Shown here in pieces: positions 17,967 to 34,140 of a DNA stretch of 64,000 nucleotides (position 1 is its first letter; the number at the start of each line of letters is the position of its first letter). Both the position numbers and the translations under genes were made by a program. The stretch is from the human T2T-CHM13v2.0 reference genome, Homo sapiens. The stretch lies in NCBI RefSeq assembly GCF_009914755.1, contig NC_060942.1. One strand, 5' to 3'. The notes under the pieces were generated by a model. That model saw nothing but the letters and a program-made list of their open reading frames with translations, was not told the DNA's origin and did no database searches.

Positions 17967-18266
17967 CTCTTTTCTTTTTTACCTGCCCATCAAGTTTCCA
18001 ACAAACGTGAATTCTTATATAGATTCCCCAAATACAAAACACATTTTTCTTAAGTATAAATACGTTTTATACGCTCATATTTGAAATATTTATTCACCTT
18101 AATTGTCATGAGGAGAAAAAGGTTACTTTGATTTGGAATAATATACAACTGAGTTTGGCTCTATGCAGATTTATCACAAGCCATGAAGCATAAGTGTCAG
18201 AGCCCTTCATTTGCAGAAGCCCCTCCAAGGCCTGGGAAAGGTCCTAGCACTGTGTCCCTGTGGTCA

Positions 18267-18863
<597 letters not shown>

Positions 18864-19555
18864 TCAGGCGGTATTTGAGTGGCCAGACCTAGGCGGAAAT
18901 TAAACTGCGGGTACTTTTGGTTCAGGCTTAACGGGATCTATTTATGTGGTTCACAGTCACTTCTATGGATAGCCAAATTACTGCTAACAATTCCAGGTAA
19001 GAATGAGCTTTCTGTTCACGGTAACAACTAATCCAAGGCTGTGACACAAAGGGTCATGGTCAGAAGCTGCACTGCGATTGGAACATGTCCTACAGGTGTG
19101 CAGGCAATGGGGAAGCAGCATATGGACCTGGAAACTCATCTGTAAAAAATTCTTCCAATCACCAGACAGGAAAATAAAAGTTCAAGTGGAGAACCAGTCT
19201 TCATCAATGTCTAAGCAAAGTGGGGTTCTTCCTTGTAAGGGATGCTTTTCATGATAAAACACAGGCAATGGCACATTTTGTTTTCTTTTGGGATGAAAAT
19301 GATGTGAAAAAAATCCAACATAATTCCCATATTTCTAGACAAAAGCCTAAGGCAGAGGTAATAAACAGGGAGTATGTCTGAATAGGAAGTCACATAATTT
19401 ACACATTTCAACACTCAATCACACACACAAAACCCAGTCAATTCTAAAACAAAGGCTGCATTTCAGTTATCTCTATAAAAGATTATATTACAAAATCATT
19501 GTCATATGATTAAATGTATACAGCCAATAAATGCAGTAAAAAAATTGTAGAAATG

Positions 19556-19985
19556 GGCTGGGCACAATGGCTCACACCTGTGATCCTAGCACTTTGTGAG
19601 GCCAAGGCAGGCAGACCACCTGAGGTCAGGAGTTTGAGACCAGCCTGGCCAACATGATGAAACCCCATCTCTACTAAAAATACAAAAATTAGCCAGGTAT
19701 GGTGGCAGGCACCTGTAATCACAGCACTTTGGGAGGTTGAGGCGGGTGGATCACCTGAGGTCAGGAGTTCGGATCAGTCTGGCCAACATGGCAAAACCCC
19801 ATCTCTGCTAAAAATACAAAAATAAATGAGGATGGTGGCTGATGCCTATAATCCCAGCTACTCAGGAGGCTGAGGCAAGAGAATTGCTTGAACCCAAGAG
19901 GCGGAGGTTGCAATTAGTTGAGATCACACCGTTGCACTCCAGCCTAGGCAACAAGAGCGAAACTCCATCTCAAAAAAAAAAAATA
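19556..19985 (+). mobile_element. Trimeric Alu (left-left-right arms)
   Basis: Two left-arm units precede one right arm; TSD-like aaattgtagaaatg / aaattatagaaatg. Confidence 0.85.
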
Positions 19986-20042
19986 AATTATAGAAATGAT
20001 CCAGGCAATTAATACAACTACCAAGTTTAAAAATTATGTTTA

Positions 20043-20390
<348 letters not shown>

Positions 20391-20434
20391 TTATTTTATC
20401 ATTTGAAATAAATATTTGCTGTATACCTAATTTT

Positions 20435-21000
20435 TGTTGGGAGACAATCCTCCATGGATCTCTCATGTTTCTGCATATCTTGTGAGCAGGGCACTGACCG
20501 CTTTTGTTCCAGAGTATCTTTTTAGGAATGTTTGCATAGTAAACAACTTTGGAAGATAGAGACTGTGTCTCCGTCCAGGATGGAGGGAGGAGTTGCCTGC
20601 TGAGCAGTATAATAATGTCTCCCTCTTGGGCAGTTTGGGCAAGTTAGCTGCAGTCCCTTTAAAAACTGGGGTTTCCTAAGCTTGAGGTTCCTCTGCTGTG
20701 ATACAAACCTACTGTGTGTGCAACATTCACCTGGGTGCAGCCCTGTGTCACTGCATGGGACTTGGGGACAAAAGGAACTGAGGCAAATATGAAGCTCGTG
20801 TGGTTTGCTGTACCGTAATAAGGTAACGAGCTAAAGTAATAGACTGCATCCTGGTAAAAACAGATTGAGAGCTGCTTGCTTCCCTATGTCTCTATCTCTG
20901 ACCCAGGGGTCTCATGTCTTCCACCAGCATCTATGAAACTTTGAGAGGCTATTTAGCTTGTGAGTAGAGCAAAATCTCAGATCCTTCACAGTTCTTGGCA
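20435..21000 (+). mobile_element. ERV(L)-class solo LTR
   Basis: Begins TGTTGGGAGACAATCCTCCATGGATCTCTC and ends ...ttcacagttcttggca. Confidence 0.55.
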
Positions 21001-21710
21001 GTTTTGCATTTGTATTTTGAAACTCCTTTCCTTGAAGAGGAACCCCCAAATTGTAAAGGCTTCAAGCCCCATAAACCTTGATCCACTCTAAGTTTATAGA
21101 TGATGATTTTGATATCAGTTGCCATATTCACTAGATTTACTTTGACTTCCAATATTGGGAGATATATTGAACTCAACATTCTCTAGCTGTTCCTATCTGT
21201 TGCCTTTCCCCATAACTAGTATGTAGTACAGTTCTCAACTACAGTACCTTCAAACACTTGATCAGACATAAGGCACGGCACAAGTGATTTGTTACTGATC
21301 ACTAAAGTAACAACATTTGTCAATTATCTTCTTTTTAATAGATTGGGGTGATTCAAGCTTACTTCTATAATGTCATTATACTTGTAAGGATGCATTCATG
21401 TATTTGTTAGAACACTTTTAGCTCCAAATAATGAAAAAGCCTAACTCAAATGCTTATCTAGGAAGAGAATTTATTATCTTGCATGGTAAGAATGTCCCTA
21501 GATGGGAGTCTTCATGGTTGATTAATTCAGTGACTTCACAACTACAACAAAATTTGAGGGCTTTTTATCTTTTTACTCTGCTGTCTACAATCTATCAACT
21601 AGCTCTCCTCAAGACTGCAAATGGCAACAGCAACTGTAATGGTTATACCCTTCCACACAAAGATTCTGAGGCAAAAAAAAAAAAAAAAAAAAAAAGGTGG
21701 GGAGTGGTGA

Positions 21711-22340
<630 letters not shown>

Positions 22341-23107
22341 AATGGTCATTTTTAAAGAGCTAACAACATTTTATTAGAAGTCTCTAGTCTCCTAAAAATT
22401 CCCTTCATGTCTCACTGACCAGAGTGTGGTCATATGCCATTTCCTAAGCCACACTCTGGAGAATAGAATCAGAATGATTGACTTAGAGAATCAACATTCA
22501 ACTTCCAGTTCTGATGCTTGAGCAAGCTCTGGCCGAAACACTTTATTTCACAGAGCAGTGTGGGTATCTGAACAAAAGTCATGGTTCCGTTAGCATTGAA
22601 AAGAATGAGGAAGTGGTTGTTGCATGGATAACCAACAGTGATTGCCGTAGTTGCTCACTGGCATTCTGATGTGCTTTCTTGAGGAAGAGCAAAGGGAGTA
22701 AGGTATAATCAGAGCAATAGGAATGGCACATAATGTGGTATGTCTCTATGGGAATGTGTGATGAAAATGGCTAAAATGCATCTCGGCTGGAACCAGATTA
22801 AGACCTGCTTGCTTCTCTGTATCTCTGGTCTTCACTTTGCGTGTGTTACTCAGTCTAGTGCAATCTCACTCCCACCCTCATTGCAATGAATGCTTTAAAT
22901 ATGGACAGTCCTCTTTGCATGGTAGAAATTTCAGTTACCACAGCTTAGTTAAATAACACCAGTTCCCCAGCATTTCAGATTTCAGTTACCACGGTATATT
23001 AACTATGAGTAATTGCAGGAAGTACAAAATTCACAGCTAGCTCTTTAGTTCACAGATCACTACATAAATAAACAACACTTACATCATAATCAGTGATCCA
23101 TGATGTC

Positions 23108-23817
<710 letters not shown>

Positions 23818-24189
23818 TCAAAATCTCTTGGTAACTGATTTCTGTGTAAGTCAGTCAGTTCATACACAGACAGCAAAGCATGAAGCAGTGATGCCTCCTT
23901 GTCTTTCAGTGGTAAGCCCATGTGACATTTCACAAAAATAGGCAATCAAAAGAAGAAACTGGCCAACAAAGATCAAAGTGCAGCAGCAAAGAAACAAAAT
24001 GTGCCATATGGCAGCCATGGATGGAGATGCTGGTGGGGGGCTGTGCCCTGGGGTCTGTGCACTACTAGCCCATGGTGGACAGGATTGTACTCCATTCCTA
24101 AGAAGGACAGAAACTGGAGAACCCAGGCTAGCCCATCCTAGAAGACTTTTTTGGAGTTTTGCTGAAGGGAGGAGAAAGTTCTTTAAAGG

Positions 24190-25320
<1,131 letters not shown>

Positions 25321-25419
25321 CAGCAGGTCTCCATGTGTGGTCTAGGATGACCCACAGTCCCTAAGATCCTTTCAGGGAGTCTGTGAGTTCAAAATTATTT
25401 TCATAACAATAAAAAAAGA

Positions 25420-26770
<1,351 letters not shown>

Positions 26771-27134
26771 AATAATAATAATTTTCCCATTGGTTATTAA
26801 GATCACTTTCTACTATTCAGGCTTAAGCAACGATCTTTATGGTGTCTGACTACCTTGCAAATCTGTGACTGCCTGTACTTATTTTATGTGACCATTCTGT
26901 GACACGGGGCTCTTTTGATCATTCCTGCCTTTGTGAAACACAATTGTGCCCTGTTTTTCCATGACCTCACTATCTCCAGTATCCCCTCCCTCCCATCCCA
27001 GGTTTCTTTCCAGCTTCTCTTCTCTTGCTTATCTTTTGGATGCTGGTGATCCTGGAGCTCTGTTCTTGACCTTTTGTTTCTTACTCTACATACTCTTCTG
27101 GTTCTGGCCTTTGTTATACTTGAAACTTCTCCCC

Positions 27135-27499
27135 CGTATTAGCCCGTTTTCATGCTGCTGATAAAGACATAATTGAGACTGGGTAATTTATAAAGAAAAA
27201 GAGGTTTAGTGGACTGACAGTTCGACGTGGCTGGGGAGGCCTCACAATCATGGCGGAAGGCAAAAGGCACGTCTTACATGGCACCGGGCAAAAGGGAAAA
27301 ATGAAAGCCAAGTGAAAGGGGAAACCCATTATAAAACCATCAGGTCTTCTAAGACTTATTCACTACCATGAGAACAGTGTGGGGGAAACCACCCACATGA
27401 TTCAATTATCTCCCACTGGGTCCCTCCCGCAACACGTGGGAATTATGGGAGCTACAATACAAGATGAGAATTGGGTGGGGATACAGCCAAACCACATCA
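27135..27499 (-). mobile_element. THE1 (MaLR) solo LTR
   Basis: gtattagcccgttttcatgctgctgataaagacata...ggtggggatacagccaaaccacatca. Confidence 0.9.
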
Positions 27500-27900
27500 T
27501 CCACCTCAGGTGGTGATGATGTTGTTAAAGTGAAGACAGTGAAAAAGGGAGACTTCACCAAATGATAGGAGGGAGGTTTTTTTTTTAGGAAAAAGCAGGA
27601 TATGGGGTGTCTAGGTTTAAGACAGAGCCCAAAGAGCCAATGAAGTTTATGGATAAACTATGAAATGTTCTATAGGGATATCTACGAAAATGGATATCTA
27701 TGGATATAGATAGCTATAAAAATTTCATTAATTCATTCACTTCACCAATATTTACTAACTTGTACCATGTGTCAGGCACAGTTCCAGGTGCTGGAGCACT
27801 GTGGACTGATACCGTGTGCGGTACAATTCAATACTTTGCAAGAGAAAGAGACCACATTCACATAACTGTTATTACAGTATATATCTTCATAGTAATTGTA

Positions 27901-28363
27901 TAGTTGGCTCTTGAACAATGTGATTGGTAGGAGTGCCGACAACATGCAGTCAAAAATTTGTGTATAATTTTGACTCCCCCAAATGTTAACTACTAATAGC
28001 CTACTGTTGACCAGAAGCCTTACTGATAACATAAACAGTCGATTAAGACATATTTTGTATGCTATATACATTACTGTAGTCTAGTAAGAATATTATATTG
28101 TAAGTTACAAAATATGTAAGTTAGAGAAAAGAACACGTTATTAAGAAAATCATAAGGAAGAGAAAATACATTTACTATTCACTAAGTGGAAGTTGATCAT
28201 CATAAAGGTCTTCATCCTCGTCATCTTCACATTGAGTAGCTGAGGAGGAGGAGGAGGAAGAGGAGGGGTTGGTCTTACTGTCTCAGGGGTGGCAGAGGCG
28301 GATGAAAATCTGCATATAAACAAACCCATACAGTTCAAACCCATGTTGTTCTAGGGTCAACTG
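27901..28363. mobile_element. Tigger2a-like DNA transposon nested in a MER44-like element (~27830-28540)
   Basis: TIRs tagttggctcttgaacaa / ttgttctagggtcaactg. The flanks join into continuous MER44-like sequence ending ggggattagggggcacta. Confidence 0.78.
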
Positions 28364-28996
28364 AATTTTATTATTAGTTATTGTTAATCTCTTACTGTGC
28401 CAAATTTTTAAATTAAACTTTGTCATAGGTATGTATGTATAGAAAAAAACATAGTATATAGAGGGCTCTATACTCTCTGAGGTTTCAGGCATCCACTGTG
28501 GGTCTTGGGACATATTCCCAGGGGATTAGGGGCACTATAATAATTGATTTAAAATAGTGAATATGCACTTACCTGTCCTCCAGAAACACTGCCCAACCTC
28601 TGTCATTTAGTTCATTAATTATTCTAGTGGCAGAAACTACAGATCTACCTTATGGGGAAGATATTTTATTTTGGGCAAGAAGGTCTTCAGCCCCACAAGC
28701 CATGCCACATGCATCTGCCTATTAAGACAGGCGGTGCTATTAATCAGAATGGACCAAATTAAAAATCTTGAGATTACCTTTGCAGATGCGTCTTGCTTTG
28801 TAAAATCACAGTATTCCTGAAAAGCCATGCATAAATCAGTTTCTTTAATCCCTTACATTTATATAGTGCCTTATGGTTGCAGCAGACTGCAGAGATTGTT
28901 AGTTGCTTTTTTCCTAACAATGCTACAGGAAAGGAGGGGCCACTACTCTCATTCTCATAGAACAGAAGAGAAACCCACAGCTAAGAAATGTTCTGC

Positions 28997-29345
28997 GGCG
29001 GAGCACAGTGGCTCATGCCTGTAATCACAGCACTTTGGAAGGCTGAGGTGGGAGGATCACTTGAGGCCAGTTCAGGGTCTCACACTGTTGACTAGCCTGG
29101 TTAACAAACCAAAACCCCAACTGTACAAAAAATTTTTAAATTAGCCAGGCGTGGTGGCACGTGCCTGTGGTCTCAGCGGCTCAGGAGGCTAAGCAAGGAA
29201 AATCACTTGGGCCCAGGAGTTCCAGGCTGCCGTGAGCTGTGATCGCACCACTGCACTCCAGCCTGCGCAACAGAGCAAGGCTGTCTCAAAATCAAAACAA
29301 AACAAAATGAAAGAAAAAGAAAGAAAGAAGGAAAGAAAGAAAGTA
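28997..29345 (+). mobile_element. Alu (J-type)
   Basis: Diverged Alu with an A-rich tail. Confidence 0.88.
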
Positions 29346-30190
29346 AATTCCGTGATGGTAAGTGATGGATCTGTGTTTCAAATAATATAGAGGGATCATA
29401 TTTTACATATTCTCAGAATTCATATTATAAAGATCCCTACAGTGACTGCACAGTTAAGAATGCTCTCATAGATGTAAACTTCCAATCTACACTGTGGGCA
29501 ACGCTAGATTTTTACAAATCAGGTTTGCTGTGTAACATATGCGTGTACTGTGCATTACTAAACCTAGTTCTAAATACAGCACAGCTGAAATTTTGTGGGT
29601 AACGTGATCATTCGGCAAATGTTGCCAGCCCCTATCATATTCAGAACCCTGTGTTCTGAGATGCTCAAGTTCAAGCCGAGGAATTTGCTAAACAAATCTC
29701 TGGCAAGGAATCAGCAGTGATTTTCTGTATCCTTAAATCCTTCCAAACAGAAATGGCAAAACATACGACCCGAGTCCATAATTCCTAAAGTTTCAATCTT
29801 CTCGCACTGTTTGAGTTTTAACTCGCTTATTCCCCCAAAGGAGTATGCCATTTACTTAATTTAAAAATTAAACAGCATAAAAACTTCTGAACTCTGAGTG
29901 AGACAGCGATCAGAGTTAAAAATAACTGATTTCGCGCGTTTCCGTGCAAAATGGGAGACAGACGTGACGGAGAGAGACCGAGCAGTGCCACGGCCCGGTA
30001 GAGGGTGCGGGGGCTTGCACCCGCTGGTGTTTGTGAGAGAGCGCTGGTGTAGACGCGAACGCAGCGCAGGCGGCCCGGCGGCGCGGCCTGAGGTCGGGGC
30101 CTTTCCAGCGTTCCAGCTACACCGAGCGCGCGGGGGCGAAAACATGTGCATGGTGTTTGGGGACTGTGCGCATGGGAGTGTTTTCACTGT

Positions 30191-30326
30191 CAACCAGGGT
30201 TCTTTTTCTTATTTTGAACCCATTTTCATGATGCACCGGAATGCTGAAGTTCAAAATTGCCTACGGAGAATTTTAAGACTAAAACCACACTAAGTTTCTT
30301 GTGTTAACTATAAATGCGGGTCAGAG
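30191..30326 (+). repeat. Copy A of a direct repeat flanking RAB12 exon 1
   Basis: Aligns with 31540-31663: a 25-nt identical core and an ungapped 82-nt block with 64 matches. Confidence 0.9.
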
Positions 30327-30606
30327 TGAAAGCCGAGTAGGGAGGAGTGAAAAGGGGGAAAAGGGAAGAGATAAGAGGAAGAAAAGATGAAAGAGCCGGC
30401 GGAAGAGGGAGGGAAGCGGGGGCGGGCAGGCGAGCAGAGGCAGGGAAAGAGCGGCGCGGGTTGCGGGAAAGCTCCGCGCGCAGCACCCAACCGAGGCCCG
30501 GGCGCGCGGTCCTCCCGCCGGCAGGGGGCGCCCACCCGCCCGCCTCCGGCCCCTCGCGGCCAGCCGCCCCGCCCGCGCCTGCGCTTCCTGCCCCTCCTCG
30601 TCCGGG

Positions 30607-31120
30607 ATGCTGCTGCCGCTACTGCGGAGTAGCTGCTTCCCTTCCTCCTCTCCCGGCGGCGGCGGCGGCAGCGGCGGAGGAGGAGGAGGAGGGGACCCGG
30701 GCGCAGAGAGCCGGCCGGCGGCGCAGTTGCAGCGCGGAGCCCACGGGCCGCCGGGGCCGCTCCAGCGGGCGGAAGCCGAGCCCGGGGCCGACCCCCCGCG
30801 CGCGGCGGAGGCCGAGGGGGCGCCGGGGCCCGGGGCGCGCAGCCGGGGGGCGGGCGGCGGCGGGCGGCGGGCCGAGCGGGAGCCGCATGCGTGTATGGAT
30901 CCGGGCGCCGCGCTGCAGAGGCGGGCCGGGGGCGGCGGCGGTCTGGGCGCGGGCTCCCCGGCGCTGTCGGGCGGCCAGGGCCGCCGGAGGAAGCAGCCCC
31001 CCAGGCCGGCCGACTTCAAGTTGCAGGTCATCATTATCGGCTCCCGCGGCGTGGGCAAGACCAGCCTGATGGAGCGCTTCACCGACGACACCTTCTGCGA
31101 GGCCTGCAAGTCCACCGTGG
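30607..31120 (+). CDS. RAB12: RAB12 coding exon 1 (canonical 244-aa start at 30895; in-frame upstream ATG at 30607 adds 96 aa)
   Basis: [75 protein letters not shown], containing the P-loop GSRGVGKT; donor GTGG|gtaagg at 31121. Confidence 0.96.
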
Positions 31121-31539
31121 GTAAGGGCGCCACGGCGACCCTGGGCCGGGCCTCCTGGCGCCCGGGCAGGTGCCCTTCGCCCCGTGGGCTTCGAGTCTCA
31201 TCGAGCCTGGGAGTCTTTCGGGGATGGGCCTCTCGGTGAAACTAGGGGCGGGGGTCTCCTTGGAGCGCCCTGCATCCCAATCCCAAAGCCTGGCAGAGGT
31301 TTTCGTGCCGCCTCCGGGCAGACCTGCCCTTGGCCCCCGGCCCTGCCTCAGAGGTCCTGGCAGCCCCCGGGGCCTGTGGGGGCGGCTCTCCACGGAAACT
31401 TCGGCCCTTAGCATACTCGCCCAAGAAAAAGCTGGGTTCGAGTGGAGCGCAGGCAGGCAGGGGAGTGAACGCCTAAGGCCGCTCTCGCCCGGCCCGCCAA
31501 GGCCAGCGCGCGCCGTCTGCTGCGGGTGTGATCCCTGCG

Positions 31540-31663
31540 CAACCAGGGCAGTTTTCTTATTTTGAACCCATTTTCAAGAAATGAAGTTTAAAGTCACCTA
31601 TGGAGAATGTTAAAACTAAAACTACAGTAAGTTTCTCGTGCTAGCCGTACGTACGGGGCAGAG
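31540..31663 (+). repeat. Copy B of a direct repeat flanking RAB12 exon 1
   Basis: See copy A; carries ACA|GTAAGT at 31627. Confidence 0.9.
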
Positions 31664-33804
31664 GAGCTTCAGCTGTATTTATCCATGACCTCAAACAACC
31701 CGGTGACTGGCGGGCATGGGGTTGATTCCTCCAGTACCGCTGTTTTCGGTGAGGGACAGGAGTGAAGTAAGTACAGGAACGCTCCAGGGTCAAGGAGGAA
31801 AACAGCCGCGGATCTGAAATGGAAACTGCAGGGGAAATTTTTTTAATTAAGTCATGCTTAGAGGACTTGACATTGAGATTTCTCAGTTGGATGTGGGTAG
31901 CAGTTGTTTCTATGGAAAACCCCTTAAAAGATGTCCAAACTAGGAGAACCCCGTTCTTTAAAATAAAGGGCAGTCACTTCCGTGATAGGAAGTGAGAGAT
32001 TTCCCCAGGGGCGGTCCAAGAAACTGAGTAGTCAGGAGATTTGATAGAATTAAAAGCATAATTTCATGTAATTCTATTTATTAATAGTGTTATAACCAGT
32101 GGTAGTTCCAAGGCTGTCAGTACGATTTTGAGATGACTTGATTTGAAATTGTCATGTAACAAAACAGTACTACATTTAAAGTGTCTTATTGGAAAGTGAA
32201 ACCTCCAATTTTTGTACTGTCTTTCTTGGTTTGTTTTCAAGAACTTACTTCCCTTAATGCTTTTTTGGAATAGATCATTTTGGAAATATTTGTGATGTCT
32301 GTACCATATGTTTTTAAAATGTTGTCGTTGGAGACATTATATTAAAATGAGTAGCATAACTATACCTGTTTCAAATATCCAGTCTTGGATCATGCAGAGT
32401 ACAGGGAGTTGTTAAACCATCAAATGAGGGTTAGGCTGTTATTTTAGTACCTGACATAAATAAAGTAGGGTTAAATTCCGTTTAGAATTGTCAATATTTT
32501 ATGGCTCCGTACTTCAGTATATAAAAATGAGGGATAATAGAGTTGCACTGTGTGATGAAGAGAAATCAGGTACCCATAGGTGGGTAACTGAGGGCTTGAG
32601 TGGATGGAGGGTGAGATGGATGAGCAAAGGTGTGCTTTAGAATGCAGAAGAGGAGAGAGGAAGAAGGATTTTCTAAGCCTGGCAGCAGTGGAGCAGCCCC
32701 CCACCTCTGGGGAGGGTTCCTTAGGGGACTTGGGAATGGATGCTGCGAGACCTTGACCGCCATGCTAAGGAGAATGGACCCGATCCTATGGGCACCTGGA
32801 ACCAAAAGACTCCTTAGTAAGGCATTGGCACGAAAACAGTTTGGCAGAGTTGCATAGGATGTTTGGGAATAAGGAAGAGCTGCGGAGGATGCTTGGGAAT
32901 AAGGAAGAAACCAGGAGGCAAGGAGACCAAGCAGTTTGTTTCTGTGTCCCTTAACAAACATGCACTTACCCGAGCACATACTCCCTACTCTGAGTGTGGT
33001 TGAATTTCTGTCTTGCTCATTTTTGTTTGCTTCACATGTAGCCTATAATACTTAGAGTACTGGAGTACTTTAGTACTCAGTGCGTGCTTCTAACTGTGGG
33101 ATGTTCAGAGAATGATCATGGCCCCTGGCCTGCTGCAGAGCGGGAAGACACTGTGAGAACGCCAGCCAGCTCCACTTCAGTTTCTGCTTCAGAGTTGCTT
33201 TTCCCCTCCACTCATCAGATCGTTTGTTGAGCACCTACTGTGTGTTGGGTGTTATGCTACCCAGTGGGGATTCAGTGGTAAACAGGACATCGACTCTGTC
33301 CAGAAGTGGATCGGAGCTTCTGGGAGCTGCGTGACCGCTTGTCAGGGCAGTGACAGATGTGTATGGGTATTTGGGAGCACAGTGAAAGCGCCTCCAGTCG
33401 AGGCTAGTGATGAGGCCTGGTCAGAGAAGGCTTCCTCGTCATTGGAATGTTTGAAGATAAGTTTGTTCCTCTAGTTCCTTTAGAAAAATGCAAATTAAAT
33501 ATGGTACTGGGTGTGGTGTAGAATTGTGGTTGCCTTACCTGAACGCTTACCATTTGAGCAGTTAGCTCCCGGGGTTCTTCCCAGGCTGGTTTTTCTAGTT
33601 TCATCTTCATGTAGTGCAGTGAATTCCATATAGAGCAAGAGTCTCTTCCACAGTAGGAGTTTCTCCCTACCCTGTCAGGGCTGCTCGCGACAGCCGTCTG
33701 GGAAAGACCGTGAGCCTCACAGCATGGCCCAGGGAAGAGTCCCTGAGTGTGCCTGGACCAAGATGGGTCACTAGAGTGGTAGTATTGTCTAATTCCTAGG
33801 CTAG

Positions 33805-34140
<336 letters not shown>

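Larger units (their letters stand above)
29930..31540. promoter_or_regulatory. RAB12: CpG island / RAB12 promoter and exon 1
   Basis: Very high GC and CpG density. GC-box motif (GGGGCGGG ~30419), E2F-type TTTCGCGC at 29930-29937, NRF1-like TGCGCATG ~30168, TATAAAT at 30309-30315. Confidence 0.92.

Noticed and set aside
30321-31133. 270-aa antisense ORF and other long ORFs over the CpG island
   Set aside because: Expected from stop-codon scarcity in very GC-rich DNA; low-complexity, and largely a shadow of exon 1.
31121-31239. Continuation of the 30607 ORF past the donor (KGATATLG...)
   Set aside because: Rab homology stops at the GT donor and resumes in exon 2, so this is intronic read-through.
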